From Candidatus Woykebacteria bacterium (GTDB lineage Bacteria > Patescibacteriota > Microgenomatia > Woykebacterales > RBG-16-39-9b): a stretch of DNA of 64,000 bases. Positions 56,677 through 64,000 of the stretch are shown here, one piece after another. Positions within the stretch are counted from its first letter, which is position 1; each line of letters starts with the position of its first letter. Made by a program: the position numbers and the translations under genes. The DNA is taken from positions 116,688 through 180,687 of the forward strand of contig JBBDPM010000001.1 of assembly GCA_040876345.1 (NCBI GenBank), read 5' to 3'. The notes under the pieces are model-generated. The model had not been told where the DNA came from, did not search any database, and saw only the letters and a list, made by a program, of their open reading frames with translations.

Positions 56677-57441
56677 ATGGAAGAATTTAAAAAAGTTGCG
56701 CTTGAGGCTGTAAAAAAAGCTGAGGAAAGAATCCTTTTTTACTACAAGAAACAAATTGAGATAGAAATGAAGGAAAATCTTTCCCCGGTTACCAAAGCGG
56801 ATAAAGAGGCAGAAGAAGTCATTATCGATACTATCCGTAAAAAATTCCCAAGCCATGGTTTTTTTGGTGAAGAGTTTGGTAAAGATAATGAAGATGCAGA
56901 ATTTGTTTGGATAATAGACCCAGTTGACGGAACAAAATGTTTTATTCATGGAATAGATCTTTTCGGAACGGTGCTTGGCCTGCAACACGAGGGGAAAATA
57001 GTTCTTGGAGTTTCCAACATGCCAGCTATTGGTGAGCTTATTTTTGCATCAACGCTAGAAAAAACTACTTTAAATGGTAAGCCCGCTCAAGTCTCAAAAA
57101 ATGATAATTTAAAGGATGCTTTCGTAACTTTTAGTTCTAGCAATTTTAAAGAAGAATGGTACCTAAGAGCGGTTCAAGAAATAGATAAAAGAGCCTACCA
57201 AATGAGAGGCTATGGCGATACTTATGGTTATCATTTAGTGGCAACGGGCCGAGCCGATGTTATGTATGAAAATGGTCCAAAGCCCTGGGATATATCGGCC
57301 TACCAGATTATAATTAAGCAGGCAGGTGGTAGACATACTAACTTTTTTGGAGAGGAAACTATTGAAGGACCAACCTCATTAGCCACAAATGGTATTTTGC
57401 ATGACGAAATGCTAGGAATTTTTAAGGGGGCACATGACTAA
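56677..57441 (+). CDS. Inositol monophosphatase family (HisN-like)
   Basis: PVT.AD..AE, GEEFG, WIIDPVDGT, PWD. Confidence 0.9.
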   Translation: MEEFKKVALEAVKKAEERILFYYKKQIEIEMKENLSPVTKADKEAEEVIIDTIRKKFPSHGFFGEEFGKDNEDAEFVWIIDPVDGTKCFIHGIDLFGTVLGLQHEGKIVLGVSNMPAIGELIFASTLEKTTLNGKPAQVSKNDNLKDAFVTFSSSNFKEEWYLRAVQEIDKRAYQMRGYGDTYGYHLVATGRADVMYENGPKPWDISAYQIIIKQAGGRHTNFFGEETIEGPTSLATNGILHDEMLGIFKGAHD

Positions 57442-58822
57442 ACTCAATAAATACATGTTCCGTGAATATGATATTCGTGGAAAAGAAAGTAAAGATGAGT
57501 TAAACAGGGGCACAGTAAGTTTAATCGCTAAAGCATACGGCACTTTTTTGATAAAAAGAGGTATTAATGATGCTGTAGTTGGGCATGATAATAGAGAGAC
57601 TTCTAAGGAGTTTTACGAAGCATCAATCGAGGGTCTAAAGAGCTGCGGGGTTAATGTTATCGGTATTGGTATGGGCTTAACCCCAATGATGTATTGGTCT
57701 CAATATCACTTTAAGGTTAAAGGTGGGATTATGATAACAGCGAGCCATAATCCGGCTGGGTGGAATGGTCTTAAACTTGCTTACGGGTATTCTTACACTC
57801 TGATTGGTGATGAACTTTCCGAAATACTAAAAACAACTGAGTCAGAGGATTTTGCGACAGGAGTGGGGAAGTTTCGAGCGGAAAATATATCTGATAAGTA
57901 TGCTTATGATATTTTGGGAAAGGCAGAGCTTAGTAAAAAACTAAAAATTGTAGTCAACACTGCAAATGCTACAAGTAGTTTCTTCTCCCCTGGATTATTT
58001 AAAAAATTTGGGTGCGAAGTGGTCGAACACAACACTAATCCAGACCCAAACTACCCAAACTATGTACCAAACCCGGCAAATGTGGAAATGATGGAAGACA
58101 CTGGTAAGCAGGTGGTTAAAAATAAAGCAGATGTTGGTATAGCGATTGATGCAGATGGAGATAGATTGGGAGTTACGGATGAAAAAGGCCAGACTATTTG
58201 GCCAGACAGATGGTTAATTCTACTTTCCCGATTAGTTTTGGAAAAACACCCAGGAGCAAAAATTATTTTTGATGTTAAGGTCTCAGAGTCACTACCGGAG
58301 GATATTAAGGCTCATGGTGGAGTGCCGATAATGTGGAAAACCGGGCACTCTTATATTAAAGAAAAACTTCATGAGGAGAAAGCAAGTTTGGCGGGTGAGC
58401 AATCTGGTCACGTGTTCTTTGTAGATGATTTTTATGGATTTGACGATGCCAATTTCGCAGCTCTAAAGCTTTTGGAATACATATCTACACAAGCTGAGCC
58501 CCTTTCCAAAATTGTTGCAGAAACTCCTTATTATGTTTCCACACCGGCTTACCACGCGAAAGTAGCCGATGAAGTAAAATATAAGATAGTTGATAGATTA
58601 ACAGATGAATTTAAATCAGAAGGATATAGAGTTGTGGATATAAACGGAGCCAGGGTTTATCTTAAGGGTGGTTGGGGTTTAGTACGTGCCTCATCGAATC
58701 TTCCCGCATTAGTCCTTCGTTTTGAAGCAAAAAACGAAGACAGTCTGAAAGAAATCGAAAACCTTTTTAAAGAGAAATTAGAAAAATTTAGTGACGTTTC
58801 TAAAGAATGGGAGTCGGCTTAA
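57434..58822 (+). CDS. Phosphomannomutase/phosphoglucomutase
   Basis: FREYDIRG, ITASHNP, DADGDR, GEQSGH, VRAS. Confidence 0.95.
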   Translation: MTKLNKYMFREYDIRGKESKDELNRGTVSLIAKAYGTFLIKRGINDAVVGHDNRETSKEFYEASIEGLKSCGVNVIGIGMGLTPMMYWSQYHFKVKGGIMITASHNPAGWNGLKLAYGYSYTLIGDELSEILKTTESEDFATGVGKFRAENISDKYAYDILGKAELSKKLKIVVNTANATSSFFSPGLFKKFGCEVVEHNTNPDPNYPNYVPNPANVEMMEDTGKQVVKNKADVGIAIDADGDRLGVTDEKGQTIWPDRWLILLSRLVLEKHPGAKIIFDVKVSESLPEDIKAHGGVPIMWKTGHSYIKEKLHEEKASLAGEQSGHVFFVDDFYGFDDANFAALKLLEYISTQAEPLSKIVAETPYYVSTPAYHAKVADEVKYKIVDRLTDEFKSEGYRVVDINGARVYLKGGWGLVRASSNLPALVLRFEAKNEDSLKEIENLFKEKLEKFSDVSKEWESA

Positions 58823-59593
58823 ATGACTAAAGAACTAGAAGTCGCGATAAAAGCAGCAAAAATAGCCGGTGAGACTCTTGAATACCATTTCGAAACTCTT
58901 CTGGAACGCAAGCAAAAAGAGGATAAGTCACTGGTTACCAAGGCAGACTTGGAAGCTGACGATATAATCATCAAAGAAATTAAAGAAAATTTCCCCACCC
59001 ACGCGATTCTAAGCGAAGAAAAGGGTTTAATAGATGGCGACGAAAAGTATCTGTGGGTTATTGACCCGCTTGATGGAACCACGAATTTTGCCAGGGGTAT
59101 ACCAGTGTTCTCCACGTCAATTGCTTTTCTTGAGGAAGGAGAAGCAAAAATCTCAGTGGTTTATAATCCGGTAACAAATTCACTGTTTACCGCTGAGAAG
59201 GATAACAGTGCTTATTGGAATGGTGAGAAACTTCAGGTTTCGGAAATTTCTGATCTTTCTAAATCTCTGGTATCTATCGGTAGAGCTCGTGACGTCGAAA
59301 ACAAAGAGAAGATGTCCGGAATATTTAACAAATTATATTTTAAGATTTCTAGCCAGAGAATTCTTGGTAGTGCTGCCCTGGAACTAGCCTGGGTTGCTTC
59401 TGGCAGACTCGAAGGTTTTATCTCAGTTGGATTGCAAAATTGGGACGTGGCTGGGGGACTGCTTTTGGTATCTGAAGCTGGCGGTAAAATCACAAACTTT
59501 AATGGAGATAGTCTTGGGAAAGATGATAAACACTTTGTGGCGTCGAACGGCAGAATCCATAACGAGCTTCTTGAGACTCTAAAGTCAGATTAA
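58823..59593 (+). CDS. Inositol monophosphatase (SuhB-like)
   Basis: LVT.AD, SEE, WVIDPLDGTTNF, GSAALEL..VA.G, WDVAGG. Confidence 0.92.
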   Translation: MTKELEVAIKAAKIAGETLEYHFETLLERKQKEDKSLVTKADLEADDIIIKEIKENFPTHAILSEEKGLIDGDEKYLWVIDPLDGTTNFARGIPVFSTSIAFLEEGEAKISVVYNPVTNSLFTAEKDNSAYWNGEKLQVSEISDLSKSLVSIGRARDVENKEKMSGIFNKLYFKISSQRILGSAALELAWVASGRLEGFISVGLQNWDVAGGLLLVSEAGGKITNFNGDSLGKDDKHFVASNGRIHNELLETLKSD

Positions 59594-59617
59594 TCCACTT
59601 TTGTCTGAATTTGTCCG

Positions 59618-59647
59618 TTGACAAAGAAATTGCTATTTAGGTAAACT
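59618..59647 (+). promoter_or_regulatory. Sigma70 promoter of the glycan operon
   Basis: TTGACA-N18-TAAACT. Confidence 0.65.
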
Positions 59648-59762
59648 AAAAACAGACCCATTTTACTGACCGCAACCGGAAGTAAAGGTAATTTTCTAAC
59701 TGCCTAAGTCATAAGTAATTTAAAATCTTAAGTGTATATCTGCTGCCCACAGAAACTGCACC

Positions 59763-61046
59763 GTGAGATCAAACACAACTCTAGAAAATAACTTTACTAA
59801 TTCAGCCTATACTAATATTCTTTCAAAAATTAAAAATCGTAAAGTCAGAGTCGGTGTTGTCGGTGTAGGTTACGTAGGCCAAGCTTTGGTCGAAGCACTT
59901 CTGGCGGAGAGATTTGAGACGGTCGGGTTTGATTTAAATGAATCAAAGCTGGCTAGTATTAACCACCCTCTTTTTTCACCAACGACGAGTGTAACTAATT
60001 TGTCAAAGTGCGAAGTTATTTGTATTTGCGTGCCTACGCCAGTTGATGAAGATCGTCGCCCCGATATTTCGGACTTAGAAAAAGCTTCTTTTGACATTGC
60101 TAGATTAGAAAAAAAGGAAAGATTGGTAGTTGTCGAAAGCACTGTTTCTCCGGGGACACTACGAAAAAAAGTCTTGCCAATTTTTGAAAAAGCCCTTTGG
60201 AAAGGGGGTAATAACTTGTTCCTGGCTATATCTCCAGAACGCATTGATCCAGGAAATAAAAGTTTTACCTTAAAAAACACTCCGAAGATTGTTGGGGGAA
60301 TTGATGAGCGCTCAACTCGGCTTGCAGTCGAGCTCTACTCTGCCATCGTCGAAAAAGTAGTCCCGACTACAACCCCCGAAATAGCTGAATTTTCAAAGAT
60401 GTTGGAAAATACTTACCGGCTTGTGAACATAAGTTTAATCAACCAAATTAAAGGGTATGCTGATGCTGCCGGTATTGATATTTGGGAAGCGATTGAGGCA
60501 GCTTCCACAAAGCCATTTGCCTTTATGGCGCACTACCCCGGTCCCGGAGTTGGAGGACACTGCATACCAGTTGACCCTGTTTATCTTTTGGAAGAAGCAA
60601 AAAATTACGGAATAAATCTTGGCATGGTTGAAGAAGCCGTCAGGATAAATGAAGAGCAGCCTAAAAAAGTGATAAGTGAAGCAAAGAAAAAGTTGAATGG
60701 GCATACAGCCGGTAGAGCCCCAAAAATGTTGCTGCTTGGTATTGCCTATAAACCCGGAACTGCGGATACTAGAGAGTCTCCGGCGATAAAAATTATTCAT
60801 GAAGCCGAAAAAGAGGGCTTTGAAGTTTCTTACTTTGACCCCTACGTTCCAAAACTTAATGGTTATAACTCGCGCTTTTTAACTCGGGAGCTTTTGGAGG
60901 AACAGGATGTTGTAGTGATAGCGACTCATCACGCCAACATTCCGTATGAGCTTATTGTAAATCTAGACAAGCCGGTTATTGACACTAGAAACATTCTAAG
61001 AAGTTATCACCAGAGCGTTTTAAACCCGAATGGAGAGTATACGTGA
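59763..61046 (+). CDS. UDP-N-acetylhexosamine/nucleotide-sugar dehydrogenase
   Basis: G.GYVG, ICVPTP, SPERIDPGN, K.LENTYR.VNI, GPGVGGHCIP.DP, D.RESP. Confidence 0.93.
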   Translation: MRSNTTLENNFTNSAYTNILSKIKNRKVRVGVVGVGYVGQALVEALLAERFETVGFDLNESKLASINHPLFSPTTSVTNLSKCEVICICVPTPVDEDRRPDISDLEKASFDIARLEKKERLVVVESTVSPGTLRKKVLPIFEKALWKGGNNLFLAISPERIDPGNKSFTLKNTPKIVGGIDERSTRLAVELYSAIVEKVVPTTTPEIAEFSKMLENTYRLVNISLINQIKGYADAAGIDIWEAIEAASTKPFAFMAHYPGPGVGGHCIPVDPVYLLEEAKNYGINLGMVEEAVRINEEQPKKVISEAKKKLNGHTAGRAPKMLLLGIAYKPGTADTRESPAIKIIHEAEKEGFEVSYFDPYVPKLNGYNSRFLTRELLEEQDVVVIATHHANIPYELIVNLDKPVIDTRNILRSYHQSVLNPNGEYT

Positions 61047-61993
61047 AAATATTAGTTACTGGGGCAGCCGGATTTATCGGCACAAACCTAGGCGAGCGCC
61101 TTTTAGAAGAGGAAAACGAGGTTGTCGGTATCGATAATTTTATCACTGGTTCGAGAAAAAATGCTCAAAGACTTTCCCGGCATCCTAGTTTTACTTTTTT
61201 AGAAGCAGATATTTCAAAGCTTGACCCTGTCAAGCTGCAAAACCTTAAGGGTCATAATTTTGATGAAATCTACCATTTGGCCTGCCCAACTGGTGTACCG
61301 AATTTAGGGCCACTGGCGGAAGAGATGCTTCTTGCAAGCTCGGCCGGCACAAAAAATATTTTAGACGTTTCTAAAGAAAGTAAATCAAGATTTTTATTCA
61401 CTAGTTCTTCAGAAATCTATGGCGATCCAGAAGTTTTTCCACAAACCGAGGGCTACACTGGTAATGTAGACCCAGTTGGGCTAAGGAGCCCTTATGAAGA
61501 GGGAAAACGCTTTGCCGAAAGTTTGGCAGCCGCCTACGCTCGAAAATATGATCTGGACTTAAAAATCACTCGGGTCTTCAATACTTACGGCCCCTTTATG
61601 TCTGAAAAAGATCTGCGTGTAATACCGATGTTTGCCAAGCAAATTGAGGAAGGCTCACCGCTTTCCGTGCATGGCGATGGCCAGCAAAAGAGAACCTTTT
61701 GCTACATAAATGATCTAGTTGATGGGTTAGTTTTGGTCCTGAGAAAGGGGAAAAAGGGAGAAGTCTATAACATTGGCAGTGACGAAGAAATTAATATACT
61801 TGACCTTGCTAAACTTGTAGCTAAGATTTCTGGATCAGGTATAAAGATTGAATTTCGAGACCGTCCTGAACACGATCATGAAGCAAGGCTTCCTGATCTT
61901 TCTAAGATCAAATCTCTTGGTTGGTCCCCAAAGATCAATCTTGACGAAGGACTTTCCCTCACCCTAAAAAGCCTCGAATCTGCTAAAATGTAA
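61043..61993 (+). CDS. NAD-dependent epimerase/dehydratase (UDP-glucuronate decarboxylase-like)
   Basis: TGAAGFIG, IYHLACP, SSSEIYGDP, YEEGKR, FNTYGP. Confidence 0.9.
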   Translation: MKILVTGAAGFIGTNLGERLLEEENEVVGIDNFITGSRKNAQRLSRHPSFTFLEADISKLDPVKLQNLKGHNFDEIYHLACPTGVPNLGPLAEEMLLASSAGTKNILDVSKESKSRFLFTSSSEIYGDPEVFPQTEGYTGNVDPVGLRSPYEEGKRFAESLAAAYARKYDLDLKITRVFNTYGPFMSEKDLRVIPMFAKQIEEGSPLSVHGDGQQKRTFCYINDLVDGLVLVLRKGKKGEVYNIGSDEEINILDLAKLVAKISGSGIKIEFRDRPEHDHEARLPDLSKIKSLGWSPKINLDEGLSLTLKSLESAKM

Positions 61994-61998
61994 ACTTT

Positions 61999-63282
61999 AT
62001 GAAACCAATTTCACCCTTTGGACTGCCAATCGGGATAAGTATCGCATTTTGGTCACTTGTTGGAATTGCTAGATTTTTCTACGAAAAGTTTATCGCAATA
62101 CCAAAAAAAACCTCGTTCACCCGTTACAAAATTTCCGATATCGCCGCAATCTTGCCGGCTCATAACGAAGAGCTAGTAATAAAAGATTGTATTCAGGCTC
62201 TGAAAGATTCTGGGCTTATGCAAAATCAAATATATGTTGCTTCCGATGGGTCTATCGATAAAACAACAAAATTGGCAAAGAAGGAAAGAGTAAACGTAGT
62301 GGATATTAATCCAGGAAAAGGCAAGGCGAAGGCTTTAGTTTATCTCATTGAACACTTTAATCTATACGAGAGATACAAGTTAATATTTATAATCGACGCC
62401 GACACGAGGGTGGATAAAGAGTTTGTTAAAAGAGCCTTGCCCTTCTTTAACAATCCCGAGATTGGAGTAGTTTTTGCAGCATCAAGGATAGTCTGGCCAC
62501 CACACATTATTCCACGTCTTAAGCTGTATTTTGTTGCTTACCGGGAACGTTTAAACCGCATGCTTCAATATTTATTAATTTATGGACAGACTTGGAAGTT
62601 TGCTAGTGTAAATTACGTAATCCCAGGCTTTTGTACAATTTACCGATCAAATGTTTTGAGTCAACTAGAAATAGATACTCCCGGACTTTTAATTGAAGAT
62701 TTCAACCTAGCATTTCAGTTTCACAAGAAAAAAGTAGGTAAGCTTGGATTTAATCACCAACTTATTGGTTGGGATCAATATCCAGATAATTTGATGGATT
62801 ATGTAAAACAAGTAAGGCGGTGGAACATAGGTTTTTTCCAGACGGTTCGTAAAAATGGAGTCTGGCCATCATTTTTTTGGCTTACGCTTTTTGTATTTTC
62901 AACTGAAGTCTTGCTTAATTCAGTTTTTGTGCTCTTTCTACCGCTCCTTCTACTTTATCTCACCTCACCCTGGATACCCTTTTCTAGTGACGTGCTTAAT
63001 TCGTTTTCAAATTTGTATAGTAATTTTGGACCGTATAGAAATTTAACTTTGGGTGATATCTGGCTGGGAACTTTTCTGATAGATTACTTATTTACAGTTG
63101 CGATCGGCTTGATTACCCGCAAGCCTCAGTTTATAATTTACGGACTGTTCTTTTTTATTATGCACTTTATTGTGTCCGCAGTTTTACTAAGCTCAATAAT
63201 ACCCGGTTTTTTTGGGAAATCGGCTGGTCGTTGGGTACCGCCGACAAGAAGCGCTGAACAGCTTGGAGGAGCCGGTGGATAA
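61999..63282 (+). CDS. GT2 glycosyltransferase (processive type, membrane)
   Basis: PAHNEE, DGS.D, DAD, ED, QVRRW; C-terminal TMs. Confidence 0.9.
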   Translation: MKPISPFGLPIGISIAFWSLVGIARFFYEKFIAIPKKTSFTRYKISDIAAILPAHNEELVIKDCIQALKDSGLMQNQIYVASDGSIDKTTKLAKKERVNVVDINPGKGKAKALVYLIEHFNLYERYKLIFIIDADTRVDKEFVKRALPFFNNPEIGVVFAASRIVWPPHIIPRLKLYFVAYRERLNRMLQYLLIYGQTWKFASVNYVIPGFCTIYRSNVLSQLEIDTPGLLIEDFNLAFQFHKKKVGKLGFNHQLIGWDQYPDNLMDYVKQVRRWNIGFFQTVRKNGVWPSFFWLTLFVFSTEVLLNSVFVLFLPLLLLYLTSPWIPFSSDVLNSFSNLYSNFGPYRNLTLGDIWLGTFLIDYLFTVAIGLITRKPQFIIYGLFFFIMHFIVSAVLLSSIIPGFFGKSAGRWVPPTRSAEQLGGAGG

Positions 63283-64000
63283 GAAAAAGGTTTTAGCAGT
63301 CGGTGCTCATCCTGATGACATGGAACAGTTTGCCGGAGGTACGTTGGCTCTGCTTACTAAAGAAGGCCATGAAGTCTTAATCGCTGCTATGACCGCTGGG
63401 GAATGTGGATCACGAGAGTTGCTAGATAGCGAAGTTGTCGAGGTTCGCAGAAAAGAATCTGAGGAAGGGGCGAAAATAATTGGAGCAAAATTTACTAACC
63501 TTGGTATTAGAGACGGGAGTTTAAGTTATGATTTGGAAACCAGCAAAAAAATGGTGAAATTAATCCGCGAATTTGCCCCAGACATAATTATCACCCATCC
63601 AGTGATTGACTACATGGCCGATCACGCTCACACGGGCCGCTTAGTTTTGTGGGCGGTTCCAGAAGCAACTCACAAGAATTTCCCGGCCGATACAAAAGCT
63701 TCTTCACTAACCACTATGTCTCATATTTATCATACTGATCCGCAAGGTTTGATTGGGCCAGATGGGCAGATTGTCCGGGTGAACACGATCGTTGATATTT
63801 CTGAGACTATAGAACAAAAACTCAAAGCTTTCGCTGCTCACAACAGCCAAATGGGGTTTTTGGAAAAAGGAAAGATAAATGCGGTTGAGAAAACTCGCCG
63901 ATGGGCGATTGCCCGAGGGCAACAGGTGCGGGTTGAGTATGGCGAAGGTTTCTACCAAGAACTTCTTGAAGAATACCCCCGCAAAAATATCCTTGTTGAA
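63275..64000 (+). CDS. PIG-L/LmbE-family N-deacetylase, 3'-truncated by window
   Basis: GGAGG SD and GTG start; LAVGAHPDDME, T.GECG, D.IITH...Y..DH, H.SQ. Confidence 0.9.
   Translation, partial: MDKKKVLAVGAHPDDMEQFAGGTLALLTKEGHEVLIAAMTAGECGSRELLDSEVVEVRRKESEEGAKIIGAKFTNLGIRDGSLSYDLETSKKMVKLIREFAPDIIITHPVIDYMADHAHTGRLVLWAVPEATHKNFPADTKASSLTTMSHIYHTDPQGLIGPDGQIVRVNTIVDISETIEQKLKAFAAHNSQMGFLEKGKINAVEKTRRWAIARGQQVRVEYGEGFYQELLEEYPRKNILVE

Noticed and set aside
1-64000. Alternative genetic code (TGA=Gly) and the many short antisense ORFs in the track
   Set aside because: Conserved genes such as gltX and trxB end at TGA at the expected length. The short ORFs overlap well-supported genes on other frames.

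Overview
AT-rich, gene-dense bacterial chromosome segment using the standard genetic code. Gene content and style suggest Patescibacteria/CPR, probably Microgenomates-related (inference). Left to right: aspS (5'-truncated) and gltX; a type IV pilus locus (sensorless HK/RR, pilB, pilC, minor pilins, an 859-aa pilin-adhesin, a PilM-LytR_C fusion) interrupted by an antisense orphan; a variable stress/repair region (TA modules, typA, bcp, LigD phosphoesterase, AlkD, ABC exporter, msrB); a central-carbon cluster (gap, rpiB, rpe, split tkt, fba, PfkB kinase, PGI/PMI, trxB); NrdR-boxed nrdR-nrdJ; a cobalamin-riboswitch operon; and the start of a glycan operon. There are two standouts. (1) A B12-scavenging operon next to the B12-dependent RNR, encoding a DUF4430-like protein and an alpha-barrel surface protein (together resembling a split transcobalamin), a Cys-free BtuM/DUF6580-like S-component, DUF4342 and a signal-less BtuF. 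(2) Two progressively decayed copies of the fba 5' end that separate cargo genes, suggesting serial gene capture. No tRNA, rRNA, CRISPR array, integrase or transposase was recognised. All family calls come from motif recognition, not database searches.
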